Below, one piece after another: positions 37,985 to 51,260 of a stretch of 64,000 nt of DNA. Below the pieces are notes generated by a model. The model was given only the letters and a program-made list of their open reading frames with translations. It did no database searches and had not been told where the DNA came from. Position numbers and translations under genes: made by a program. Source of the DNA: Nageia nagi (taxonomy: Eukaryota > Plantae > Pinophyta); assembly GCA_050084985.1 (NCBI GenBank), contig JBITNC010000001.1, positions 164,982,001-165,046,000 of the forward strand, given 5' to 3'. Within the stretch, counting starts at the first letter, position 1. Each line of letters opens with the position of its first letter.

Positions 37985-40900
37985 TGTTGGGATGTTTTTC
38001 CTTCCTCTTACAATGTACCATCGACAATGGCAAAATGGTAAGACTTTCGAACACGTAGGTGAGGTAGCATTTCTTACCCTCTTTGAAAGGACTGATACTC
38101 CAAGGTTTCTATCTTGTAATGTTTATGCTTTGTGTTAAAATCCTAGAATAGGCCATTCAAGGATAGATACAATTGTTAGCCCACGTTTTATAAGGCATCT
38201 GGAGTTTGCTTCTAGCTCTTAGGGATATCTTCTTGACTTCGCTAAGACTCTTTGAGGTTCGAGTTCATGTTAGGTTTTGGAAGCAGTAATAGAAAGGGAA
38301 ACATATTTTGAAAGAAAAGATAACAAATAAAAGGAAATAAAGAAAAGTAAAACGAGAATGGAATGGGGACAAACTTTAAGAAGCAAGAAGGAATTCAACT
38401 CAAGTGAAGCATTGTCTAAACATTTAGCTTTCTGGGTTTGTTAGTATCTTTCATTCATTTATCAAGCCTAAGTACAAGTGACATAGTCCAAGTTGTAAAT
38501 AAACAAGAGTGCATAGCAATTTGATCTTATAGAGACCACTAGATGGAAGAAGAAGAAGAAAGGTGGGAACATCATGTTTGAATGAAAGGTTACTTGTAAA
38601 TGACATAGCAAGGAACACTTCACATGCAAGACATGAAAGAAAAGCAACTTGAACACTCTAAATGGTTTTCAACAAATTTCTCTAAAATTTACGACTTTCA
38701 AAAGAAAGGAGCATTAGCATTCAAATCATATCACAAAATGAAACAACTTTCAAATTATGAGATTCATATCCCCAAAATGGTGTATCCATTTCTTTACAAT
38801 TGCTTTCATGAAAGCTTTCTCCTTTCTACTCCAACCTATTCTACTCTATCTAACAAATGACCCCTAGGGAGTATTTATAGGTTTCCAATTTGGGCTAGTG
38901 TTGCCCTAATTAACCCTAATGCTAATAAAATAAGAACTCTTCTCCATTTAGAAAATAAACAAAGTAAATATAAAATTCTAACAAAATCTTTGGCCAGTTT
39001 CATCTTGATCTTTATGCCTTGGGAAGCATGTTATTCTGGATTTTTGTATTGGAAAGCATGCCATTCTGAATCTTCGCCTTGGGAAGCATGTCATTTTGAA
39101 TCTTCACTTTGGGAAGCACACCATTCTAGATTTTCGCCTTGGGAAGCGTGCCATTTTTGGATCTTTGCCTCGGGAAGCATGCCATTCTAGATCTTCGCCT
39201 TGGGAAGCATTTCATTCTGTATCTTTAGCTTGGGAAGCATGCCATTCTAGATCTTCACCCTGGGAAGCATTCCATTTTGGATCTTCACCTTCGCAAATGT
39301 GCCATTCTAGATTTTTATCTTGGAAAGTGTACCTTGGGAAGTGTGCTACTTTGGGTCTTCTTAATAAACTTTTTAATCCTTATTAACACCATCTTTAAGC
39401 ACCTTCACGTTAGGATATGTTCTTCATTGAACACTTCTTTTTGCACTTTGAAGTCTTCAAAATCTTGAAACAAGGAAGCTCCTCTTTGCTATTCACACTT
39501 TTTTAAATTTTGGCAATTTTAAGATTAAAAAAACATGCGACCAAGGATGTTTGAATTGCACCTTTCCCAGTTTTAAGATTGGGTTTGGAAAACATGCAAA
39601 TAGATTAATTGGGCACATCCTTTTATTTTTGACCCTCCTTTTGATGCCAAAAGCTGACCATTCTGGCATGAATGTTCAACAACTTCTTTAGTAATTTTTT
39701 AATTGTTTGTTGTGTATTTCCCAACAACCCTTTTTGACCTTTTTGACTTATCTTTTCATGTCAATGAATAAAAACATGTGCTTCATTTCCCAGCAGCTCT
39801 TTTCTTTGTTTTATATGCTATTTTGGCTTTTCCACAACAACCTTTGTTGACTTTTCTGACTTTTCTTTTGCTCCCAAAAGTTGCCATTTTGAAATGAACA
39901 CTTCGTCAGCCTTTTTCTTGGTTTTACATGCTATTTTGTCTTTTCCACAACAGCCTTTGTTGACCTTTTGAATTTGCTTTTTCTCCCAAAAGTTGCCATT
40001 CTAAAATAAGCGTTCCTTTTTGGGCTTTGGAGTTTTAATGCCTCACAACATGTGACTTCCCTTTATGTATTCGCATCTTTTTGCACTTTGAAGTTTTAAA
40101 TGTTTGAAACATGCATCTAGAGGGATAAAGTAGAATTTGTGGTGCAAATGGAGGGTTTGACTATGCATTTATAGTGTTCCATGGCTGCCCATAACACATG
40201 TCATATCTTGGTTGGATGGTTATTACCTCAAGACTTAAAAGTATGCACCCCTTTCCTTCCTTGTTTGCATCTCTTTGAGTTTGGATGTTTTTAAGATGAA
40301 AAACATGCGAAATAGAGGGATTTAGGCATTTTAAATCGTACCTTTTCAATTTTCAAGGTTTTGAGTCTTAAAAACATGCCAAGTGCCCTTTTTTTTCACC
40401 TTTTAGACTTAAAAAAATGTGCAATTTAGTTTTTCCAAGTTGCATCCTTTTAGATTTGCCAACTTTAAGATTAAAATACGTGCGAGTTTATCCTTTTGGG
40501 CCTTTTTGTACTTGAAATTTGCAATTCTAATCTCTCTAAGTCGCACATGTTTAAATTTGTGCAGTTTAAGACCAAAATACATGTTAATTTTTCTCATTTG
40601 GGTCGCATCTTCTCAATTCTTGAAGCTTTGAAGCTATAGGAGCATGCAACTAAGGGAATTTGAGCATTTAATAGCCTCCAAAGGTGCGACTTGGCCTTTT
40701 AGGCATTCTAAAACTTGGAAACCATACATTTTTACCCCTTTAAGTCGCACCTCCACATTGTTTTGCAATCTTGAAGCCTGAAAACATGCGACTAAGGGAA
40801 ATTTGCCTTGTAAACCCCCAAAAAGGTGCGAATTGGATCTTTTAAGCCCTTTAAGACTTTGAAATGATGCCTCAAGGGGAAAATGCCTAATTTTGGCCTT

Positions 40901-42883
40901 TAGACTTTCTTAAGGCCTAGATTTGGTGAGCCCAAGCTATCTTGACACTTTAACACTTGGATTTGATGTGAAATCTCTCTTCCAGCATTGCATGACCTCT
41001 GAGGTGTGAAGTTGTCCTTGGGCCCTTGGAACCATTCTTGATGATGTATGCTTGCTTCCTGGCTTCGTGAAAGTGGTCCTAGCTCCAATCATGACAATCT
41101 TTCATCTTTCTTGTCTTTGTTCCCTTTGAAGTATCTAGTATTGGTAAATAGATATGTGTCGTAAGTGGCCAAAAGAGGTGTAAAAGAGGTTCAAGCATTT
41201 CATTCTACACATCACTATCTTCATTTCTCCTTGTCGCACTAAACTTGAGTTTTAAAGCACCTTCCTTAGTCACACCATATCAAATGATTAGAAAAGCTAA
41301 GGCTTCAAAAAGGTGCGACAAGCTTATGAGCCTCATGACATGTGACTCCACCCTTTGCACACCTCCTTTGAGCCTTAAAACACATATGCTATGATTAATC
41401 AATAGGAAGGCGACATGTGTCTTAGGTGGTCAAACTGTCTATAAATACCAAGATTCAGCCTTCATTTGCTCCTCACAATGTTGTCTTCCCCAGTTAGCAT
41501 CCTCACACCACTTTGTGAGCTTAAAAATGGTAAGGAGCCAAAGACAAGCAGCTTCTCAGCTTGAAGCACCTTATTCCAGCCGACTAGCGAAGTGAACAAA
41601 AAGTTGACAGCTGTCCTGGGAGGGAAGTTGCCTATAAATAGTGGATCAAACCTTCCATTTCTCACACCCAACACACTCCACCTCCCTATGGTCGCATGCT
41701 CTTACATTTCAAAAGTTTAAATCTTCCATATGATGCAAAATGGCTAAGTGTTCTTCTCTAGTCGCATGCTTTTGAATTTTGATACTCTAAAGCTTCAAAA
41801 AGTGCGAATTCATTGAAATTCCTTCCCCTTAGTTGCATATTTCCGAATCTTGGAAGTTTAAGATTTCCCCTTGATTCAAACTTGTCAAAAGTCCCCTCTT
41901 TAGCCGCACATTTTTCAAAATTGATATTCTAGTGCTTCTTAAAGATGCGTAATGGCTCAAAAGTCTTTGCTTGGTCGTGTGCTTGCACATTTTAAGGTTT
42001 CAATGCCTCCAGTCAATGCTAAGTGCTTACACATGCCCTCCCTTTGGTCACATGTTTTTAAATTTTGAAATCTTAATGTGTTGTCTACATTGGAATTGCT
42101 CAAAACCTACCCCATCTTAGTCGCATGTTTCAGAATCCAGAATTCTAAGTTCCAGAAAGGTGTGAATGAGAAAGGTGCAAACTGCTTGAAATTTGCCTCC
42201 TCAATTTGCATGCTTCCCATTTTGAAGTCTCAAACTACAAGGAGTTAAAACTCTAATGCTTCCAATCAGTGCGAAATTGCTGAAACCAGATTCCAGTCGC
42301 ATCTTTGGAAATTTAGAGGTTTAAAAACCTTTGTTTAGTGCAAAAAACTGAATCTGTCCATCCTCCTGTCACACTATTCCAAACTTTGTAAAACCTTTTT
42401 GATGCAAACAAGTAAAAGGCTGTCTCCCTGTCACATATTTTCAAAGTCTTAAAGAGTTTAATGGTTCATTATGGTGCGAATGGACTATAAAGCCTGTTTG
42501 AAGGTGCAAAGATGCAAAATTTCTTCTTTCTATTCTTCTTTTTACTCTTTTTTTTTTTAATTTGAAAATCAATTTCCCTTTGTGCAGCTGTAAAATCCTG
42601 ATATGATCGTGAACTTGAATGAATTTCGGTAAAAGATAAAGAGATATTCTAAACTAGAAAACAAACTTTAGATGCCTTAAAACACAGGTTAATGACTACC
42701 ATCTCCCAATTGAATTGTTCCCAGAGATTTATAAAAGCACTTTGCATTTTTCACACATAAATCTTGGGGTATCAGTCCTTTCATGCAGGGTAGGTAACGC
42801 TATCTCACTCACATGTTTGGATGCTTTCCCATTTTGCCACGTCCTGGTGGTACTTTGTTAGAGGAAAGAAAAATGTCCCAACA
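37985..42883 (-). mobile_element. 4.9-kb LTR-derived element with ~125-bp terminal inverted repeats (U5-like at both ends)
   Basis: Left end TGTTGGGATGTTTTTCCTTCCTCTTACAATGTACCA; right end reverse complement TGTTGGGACATTTTTCTTTCCTCTAACAAAGTACCA. Both resemble the U5 termini at 7101 and 17480. TATA-like site at ~38872-38882 (-). No TSD was found. The flanks look like minus-strand L1 remnants. Confidence 0.75.
39005..39345. repeat. Tandem repeat, 30-bp unit x ~11 (CTTGGGAAGCATGCCATTCTAGATCTTCGC)
   Basis: Periodicity is directly visible and produces the repetitive SSPWEACH ORFs in the track. Confidence 0.9.
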
Positions 42884-45515
42884 TGGCATATTTTCCCATT
42901 GGATCTAATTCATCCCATAAAAATGAGAACATTATAATTTTGTGTCAGCAGACTCAGCACCATGTGATAAACAACAAACATGGAGAATTCACAGCCAAGG
43001 ATGTAGTGTGACCAATTGCAATACCAAAAATGTTTTAAGTGTTGGAGAACAAAATGTTAAAAGCTCAAAATATACCCAATTGATCCGTAAGTAAAATTTT
43101 CATCAAGTATCTAAGAATCAGGGGTGTTTGGTATGGTACTCCAATCAATCTTCATGTCTAGTGAGTGTCTCGGTGCAAACACATTGAACATAGAAAAGGT
43201 GTCATAAATATACTTAGCCTGATTGTGCTTGCGGATTTGAAAGGCATAAACCAACCTAAAAATGAAATGGCTGAAATTGAGAAGTCATAATGGCTTGTAT
43301 ATACACAGCCATGACTTTAATTGGCATGAAAATAAAAAAAAATTGTTGACTGACATTATGTATTATTGTCCATGTATGCATGTCTTGTATGCCCAAAATA
43401 GTATTCATCAATTCTCTTACTAGTTTTCAGTCATTAAGACATTAACAAAAACCCAAAAAACTTGAACACGAATTCAACGCACCCACATCAGAGGGTTAAC
43501 AAATTATGGAGCATCAAAGCAAGCTTTTTATCAACTTCAAAAGCTATTGCAACATTACAAAAATGAGAAGCAATCTAACATCAACCAAATGGCTAGCTAA
43601 AAGCAGCTACTAAACTCTTACCATTTTACAATCTGTTTTAATAGGCCTGTAGAGATATTTTGTGACACCAGCCTGAATCTGACGGAAATAAGATAAGTCA
43701 TTGATACAGATGACTGTCTCCAACAAACAACAGTTACAATAGATTAATCAAGTTGTTTTTTCTATTTTTAAAAAATGTACGAAAGTTAGGATATAGGTTT
43801 GAGTGGGGACTATGATCTCCCTAAAAGTGACATGAATGTTTGGAAAAGACTAGTATTAAAATATATACAATTATTTTTGTCTGCAAAATGAAAATAGATT
43901 AATTGAAACATATATAATTAGTTCTAGCAAGCTAGGTTATTGCAGAAACATTGAGAGGAGATACAAAGAAGGCTTATTTGGAGGTTGTGGATCAAAGGCA
44001 GGTTGATAAACAAATGGTGGATCTTGAAGGATGAATTGTAATGCTTTATATTGTTTGATGAGTTTTGGAGATGAACAAATGGTAGATCTGAGTGGTACTG
44101 GGATGGATTCAGTTCTTGAAACTGACTTGGGGTCAATTTGGCTGAGGGGTTGAATCACGCACATTCTGGAATGTGAGGTCCAAAACACACATTTTGAAAT
44201 TTGGGAAATTCTGATGTGCAACGGACTTCAATTGATGCATCTTGTAGAGCTGTGTGCGAATCTGATTTAAGAAAATACCAGAAAGAATGTGATTGATTTT
44301 GCTAAAGAAAATACCATTAAGGCTTTTTGTAAGCAAGAATATGTACAATCTTGGATATGAAACCCCAAGATGATGGCTATAAATCTTTTGCTATTGGTTT
44401 ATAAACACTTAAGAACTATAATTTTGAGTTCATCTAGGTAGACCCATCTAAGATGATATGCATATAAGATTATGCTAAATTAGAGGATTTAACTGAAATC
44501 AGCCTTGAATAACCCAATGTAGGCTCAAATTGTTATTTCTGCATAAATCAAATAAATCACCTAAATTATATCATTTTAGATAATTAAAGAGCAGTTTTAA
44601 TTTTTTAAATGTCTACAACGTCCTAAAGACTTGTATATAGACAACCGTGACTTTGTTTTGGCATGAAAATCAAGGTCATCTGCAAAAAGTCTTTGCAGAA
44701 AATTTGCTCATTAACTCGGTATGTTCGTCTTTCTATTCTTGAAATGGATGAAATTGGAATTGATAACAATATGCATGTACACATCCATGACTTTGTTTTT
44801 GCATTGAAATCAAGGTCACTTGCACAAGGACCGCGGCAGAAAATTTGCTGAATAAAATTATAATAACATTATATATCATTGGCTGGTATGCATGTCTTGT
44901 ATGTAAAACATGTTATTCATTGATTCTCTTGATAATTTGTCTTTCTATTTTTAAACGATGTGCAAAAATGATCGAGTGGGCTCTTGACCCCCTTATCAAA
45001 CATAGGCCACCTTTAACAGAATTTCGAACCACAAGATGAAATTTTCATTGTTTCTTGCAAGCATCTTGAAGCTTCTTTCTGAGTCATGATTCCCCAGTTT
45101 AACATTTCAGGTTTTTCCTTGTTACAACCACTCTTTTCTTTAAGTTAAGGACCAATTCCTTTATATTGAATTATGTCAACATCAATGTAAGTAACAAAGT
45201 AACATTTCTGGTAAAGAATGTTATTGAGGATTTTTTCTGTATAATACGGCTTTATCTAGATCCTGTATTATTGTCATATTTTATACAGAAAATGAGAATG
45301 AATGGTAGTCTCAAAATATGTTGCATGCAAGATAAAACATACTTCTAAATTTCATATTGCAATCCTCTAATTTGGTTTAGTTCTTAGATATATTTATTGT
45401 GTTAAATAATCTTTTAATTGTTTTTTGTTCTTTTACTTTCTTCAGTCACATTCCTCACTCTGTTTTTCGTCCTTGGTCAAATAGCTTTGACAATGCTTGG
45501 TCCTCTGATTGACAG

Positions 45516-45667
45516 TTCAAGTACTGATCTACTCACCCGATCGCCCCTTGGTAGATATAGCAGAAGTTTTCCTATGGCTTATGGCAGTCAGTACTATTCT
45601 GTGTGCATCCTTCTGGTCAGCATGGAGTGCTAGAGAGGTGGCTAATGAGAACTACAAGTCATTGAAG
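45516..45667 (+). CDS. SPPL2: SPPL exon D (152 nt): (V)[50 protein letters not shown], first TM helix
   Basis: Acceptor ttgacag|TTCAA, donor AAG|gtacta; conserved SPPL motif [27 protein letters not shown]. Confidence 0.95.
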
Positions 45668-45903
45668 GTACTATGGCATTCTGAAGTATATTGATGTTAT
45701 TATTAATGAGGTATAAATTTATGTATGAGTATGCACATGTAATTAATGAGGTATATTCTTAGAAATCTATCTTATTCTTTATATTTTAAATGATCATTAA
45801 GTTACTAATATCAAGTTCTATATGCTAGGTTTACAGGCTGAAGAAATATTTTTCTCTGAGTATAATGGTTCTTAAATTGAAGATATATTTTGTCTCTATA
45901 TAG

Positions 45904-46086
45904 GATGATCCAGATGCTTTTAATGTAGAGGAAGGTGATGGAGATAAAGGAGTGGTGGATATCAACACGACTTCAGCGATTCTCTTCGTAGTGATTGCAT
46001 CATTCTTTCTAGTTCTTATATACAAATTCATGTCCGAGTGGTTTCTAGAACTTTTGGTTGTTATCTTCTGCATTGGGGGAGTTGAG
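45904..46086 (+). CDS. SPPL2: SPPL exon E (183 nt): [61 protein letters not shown]
   Basis: Acceptor ctatatag|GAT, donor GAG|gtaggt; 61 codons; start of the peptidase A22B transmembrane region. Confidence 0.95.
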
Positions 46087-47338
46087 GTAGGTTTATCTTA
46101 TCCTATTGGACTTGGCCATATCACAAGTCTGAATTTCATTTTTATCAAAGGTTTTTTGTTCTGGTCAAGAGAAAGTTATATTCTTTACTCGTTTGAGCGA
46201 AATTGTTTTGATCTTTCTCAAATGCATTTTGGTTGACATTGTCCATTGTATAGTTCATTACAGTTGTGTGTTCTGGATTTCCCAAAATTATCTGTCCGTG
46301 TCTTCTAAATGAAAGTTGTCCATTAAGAATTTGATAGTTTGTTGAGTTCTTGGTTTCACAACAGAGGCTTTCCATAGTAATCTCAACAGAATGTTGTATT
46401 AGGTGCATTGCAACCTGATAGGCTATATGATGTAAGCATTCTGAGTTACAATTTTTGCTCACACTGCAACTGGGTAGCGTGTTGGCCTTATAACAACCAT
46501 ATGTTGCATAAGTAATAGTGCAAGTGCAACTAACACCATATCAATATCCTGCACGGAGTTGCTGGCTTGAATTTCTTTGGATGATTCAAGTGCTGATACT
46601 CAAAAGCTGGTTTGCTTCTGCAGTGGAAAGGCATTTGCATGGAGTAGTGGATGAAATTATTTTAGCTGTCACATCTTTTACTTGCACTGCAATTTGGTAG
46701 TTTGTTGGGCTTAGAATGACCTTATGTTCAATAGACATTAGAGCAAGTGTGAGTAACACCATGTGAGCATCTTTCATGGATTTGCTTTCTTGACCTCTTT
46801 TGGATGATTAAAGGAACGATACTGGCAGTATGTCTCTAATTACTTAATCATTAGTATGAATACCTCATCACCTGTATGTATGCCTAATCAATTAATCATT
46901 AGAATGCATGCCTCATCTATATATCAGCTGTGCTGAATTTTTAACAATACCTTTTGGTAAATAATAAATACTTTTAATATTCCTTGCAGAGTCATTCCCA
47001 TCTACTACATATGGTATCCAATCATGTTACTCTTATGCTTGTTGGTTGTGGGTTGATTTTGACTTTTACATTGTCTTTGACCAAACCCTTTTAGACCAAT
47101 GGCCCAGGTTTTTGGGTTCAAGGCCCAACTTTTGGCTAGTGGCCAAATTTAAAAAGAAAGAAGTGCAGAAAAAATGTTTTTTTAGAAAAACGCAAATAGA
47201 AAATTGTGAGACTTGCATGCCAATCTCTTGATTCCCACGTTCCTTCAGTATGAACAGAAGTATATACAATAACTGATAAACAAGTGTAAGAACTTTGAAC
47301 AATTAAACAAAATCTAAAATAAGAAAATATAAAATAAC

Positions 47339-48377
47339 CAGGTTTCAACATGTGTCACAAACGGGGGAGCAAAGGGAAAGTGTGCTCAAGAACAGGAATG
47401 GCTGAGGTTAATTTTAGGGAGCGCCCCAGAAGCGGCAGTGGGAGCAGCTAGTGTAATACTAGTAAATTATCCCGGAATTTTTAGATTTTTTAAATGTGTT
47501 TGTTTCTAATTCATTATTATTATAATATTATCAATTCAATCATATGAAACATTAAAACATAGTATCAAAATGAGCCATAAGCAATGATCATAATGCCTTA
47601 ATATCATTAAATCAGAAATCTGAATCAATCTAGTACATAGTAGTAGGTTTCAAAATGCCAAAATAAACTAGCAAACTATGGCCCTAAGGGCTCATCTGCT
47701 ACTAATAAATCCTGATTGTAATCAATATCATCCTCTTGATCAACAAGGCTATTTGATGAGTTGCTCTCATCATCCAACTGGACATCCTCCAATGGCAATC
47801 CTACCAAACCCTGCACATCATCATCAACCTCAAGATTAGCTGCCTCCACAGGATCAAAATCCCATCGTGCAGCTGGACTAGCCTTGTACTTAGGATTAAC
47901 TCTCTCTCTAAGGCGAAGATAGCTATGCACTGCTACTAGCTTCTCCACTCTCTTAGGGGTAAGCGTGTTCCTCCTCATGCTATGGATGAAGCCATAGGTG
48001 GAGAAATTTTACCTTGGCTCCTCCTCCTCACTTATTGCTGTTTTCTCCTCCTTCTTTGCTCCTCAAGGCTGCACACAAATGAAATGAGTATGTTATGCAA
48101 TTAGGAGGCTTATGTTTGTTATTTTAAGGTTTAAAGGGGTGGGGTCATGCGTGGGATCCACGCCATGTCTTTTTTTTTTGGCCTTCTGATTGCCCATCCC
48201 CATGGGGAGCGGCCATATTTTCCCTATTTCTGGGATGTTTTGGGAACATTCGGGGAGGGAGAGGAGATGTCTTAGATACGTCTCCTAGCCATTACGAGCA
48301 CGTTCCCTCGTTCCCAAATGCTAGAAATGTCTAGAATGGCTGTTCGGGAGGGGGAAACGCGTTCCCATGTATCCCTG
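47339..48377 (-). mobile_element. Internally deleted hAT transposon (1039 bp) retaining the transposase C-terminal dimerisation region
   Basis: Perfect 8-bp TSD AAAATAAC. Termini CAGGTTTCAACA / TGTATCCCTG. Minus strand reads FSTYGFIHSMRRNTLTPKRVEKLVAVHSYLRL (47676 to ~48008). Confidence 0.92.
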
Positions 48378-48419
48378 AAAATAACTGATAGAAATAGTTG
48401 AAAATTTAGAAGAAAATAA

Positions 48420-49390
48420 AAAAATTTAGAAATATATAACTACAAACAGCTTTTCAGAAAAAAACAAGTACCAAAAGTTTTCCATTAAATAGAGAATACA
48501 AAGGTTGTGAATAGTATACGCATATGTCACTATTATATGAAATGATAGATTGCGAATGTTCAAGGACCCAAAGGGAGAAGCCAAGAAAGATAAATAGGAT
48601 GTATCTTGTATGGAACGTGTCACCAAAGGCTGCATGAGCATGAATTGTTTGAGCAATCCATTTTGTGAGTATTATGATGTAACCAAAGACTTTAACATAT
48701 AAAAATGGAGAAGTAGGTGTACGCGTGGAGAAATCATTCACCAAAGAAGCACATAATGGAGGATTTAGAAATACATGACAAGGAAGTTGACATAATCAGA
48801 ATTAGTAAGGGGTAAGTAGTGGTTGGTTGGAACACGATGCCAAGGGAAAACCATTGTGCAATGTCAAGTATGTATGGAGCAGGGACGTTTCCCTAGTGAA
48901 TTGAACCTAGCGTTGGGAGAACCCTGCTACTAATTATTTCCATCAATGGCATTGTTTCAAATATTGAATATTCTCTTCTTTGGAAGATTTATTCTTGACA
49001 ATTTTGAAAAAAAAAAAAACCTTTTTCTTAAGATTGACTTTGATAAGGTTTATGATAAAATTGAATGGGATTTCATTATATACATGTTTATATTTTCTTG
49101 GTTTTATTTTGAATTTTCATAATGCTGTCCATATTTTGATTGGTTATGCACCTATTAGAATTCATATAAATATTGATCCATCTAATTTGATACATCTCTA
49201 GAGATCAGCTTGACTAAGTCTTTGCATTGGCTCCATATCTAGTAGTAATAGTTGCAAAAGTCATTTGTTTGTTGTCTAAAGGTGGCTCAAATTGGTAAAC
49301 AAATTCATGGAAAGACACTTTTTGGTGTGAAAAACTTCTAAATATTTACTTTGGTGATGATTGTATCTTAACACTTGAGATATCACATCA
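48420..49390. mobile_element. L1-type LINE fragments: RT piece on + (~49020-49380) and a possible 3' piece on - (~48420-48900)
   Basis: Plus strand FLKIDFDKVYDKIEWDFI (L1 LDFEKAYDRVEW motif) and FGDDCIL. Minus strand has a weak LW..W.IRN-like remnant and an A/T-rich tail. Confidence 0.55.
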
Positions 49391-50246
49391 ATGTATAGAA
49401 ACCCCAACATTCTACTTGGGTACCAGAGGCACAAGGTACACAAAAGTGTTGGTGGTGGTGCTAGTTATTTAGGATTGGCTCTTCGTAGCACTACTACTCC
49501 TATGAGAGCACCTTCTCAATCTCCTACTACACCTATTGGTGGAGCACATGTGGTGGTAGTAGTGGCGACCGATTGATTACCAAAAGAGCTAGAGCCTCAC
49601 TGTACACATTGATGAGTATTGGACATTGTATTTAGTTATTTGGTATTTTTTGTACTTTGTTGGCACTTGGCACTTAGTGGCAGTATGAGATAGTATTAGT
49701 ACATTTATGACTTATGATTTTATGAGCAAACATCTTGATCTGACATACATTTTGTAAATGACTTTTATTTTCATATATCGATGTTATGATTTACGAACAT
49801 GTGTATTGAATTATGATCTACTATCATTTTCTTTAAATTTTATCTCATGAATGTTTTGGTAGATGATATGGCCATTTATGGGATTGATTTAATCATTTAT
49901 GGCAATTAAATAAGCATATTCTATAGAAAAATATAAAAAAAATTCATGTTTTTTTGTTGTTTAAATGTATCACGTATTTTTCCTTAATTTTTTGTCTTTT
50001 TTCCATTTTTTACCTAAATTTGCCATTTTTTTTGTCACCAACTTTTCCCTTATTTGCCATTTCCTATCTTTTTTTTTTTCAGTTTTTTTGTCGAATTTGC
50101 CATATTCATCGAACTTGTTTTTCTGTGATTTTTTTCCGTATTCATTGTATTTTGATTATTTTTTGGCATTTTTTTTGTATTTGACCGTAGGTCGTATTTA
50201 CAAAAAAACGTAGTTTTATTCCACGATATGAACCAATGATGCCCTG
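49390..50246 (+). mobile_element. Probable hAT-like 3' end fragment
   Basis: T-rich 3' region with subterminal CCGTA/TCGTA motifs; no partner TIR or TSD identified. Confidence 0.3.
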
Positions 50247-51260
50247 GTGTTGTATTTGAGGTTTGACAAGAGTATGCAGGAGGGAGGTTTTTCTAAGCAT
50301 GGTAGGCTCACTCAAGAATGTAGGGTTTTGGGAAAAAACATATCAGGTTCACAAATTTTTAGACAAAATAAATTTCAATGTATTGAAACATGCACACTTA
50401 TTTTTGTCGACGAAATGAAAATAGATTGAGAGAAATATGCAATATAGAATCTATCCCTTTGGCTTACGCAAATTCACAAGAGGAGATATATAGAAGACTT
50501 ATCTAAAGGGTGGAGGATTGGTGGCTTGATGGTAGACAACTTGTGATTTTGGATGGCTAGCCCTAGGTGTAATTGTATATATGGATAATTTTTAAGATGA
50601 TGTTAGAATAGGTGTGTGGGCATCTTTGGGATGACTTGGCTCAACCATAGAGGTTTTTGGGGCTTAAGGCCAAAGTACCCACATTTTGATCTAGTGATGT
50701 AGGGTGCTAGGCATTTTGCAAGTAGGACTCAAAATGTTCGGAGTTTAGGGATTGGGCATGTTAAGCATTCAAGTATTATCACCCATTTTCGGTTGTGCTT
50801 TCTTTAGAAGGTACATTTTGATTTCTTCATTACTTTGGTGATTTTGCAACAGTGGAAGATGATCAATGACAATTGCTTGCTTTTTTCGATATTGCATTAC
50901 TATTTATCTTGTCTTCTTTTGTTCTTTCTTTTAATAATTATCTGAAATAAGCACATGTTAGGTTTCATTTTAGGGAATTTCACTTAAATTAGTGTAGAAT
51001 TACCCAAAGTGATGCCAAATTAGCGTTTTTGCATAAATAAAGTAAATCATTCAAATAAAGTCATTTCAGATAGTTAACATGTAATTTTAGGTGTGTTAGC
51101 CTTTTGTGACAAAAACATTTGCATAATGCATTTAGGTGGATTGCATATAGCTTTATACCTACTACCATGGGATTGCATGGATGTTTAACTTAAATATATC
51201 TAGGGCATGCACTTAGAAAACTATTTGCATATGTGCAAGGTTGTGAAGTGTACATGGGAG

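Noticed and set aside
38990-39386. Repetitive ORFs or a CRISPR-like array
   Set aside because: A 30-bp tandem repeat without unique spacers in eukaryotic LTR DNA; the ORFs are by-products of the periodicity.
49954-50213. Hydrophobic Phe/Leu-rich ORFs as membrane proteins (also many other short ORFs in the track)
   Set aside because: Chance products of T-rich or repetitive sequence with no recognisable motifs or splice context.
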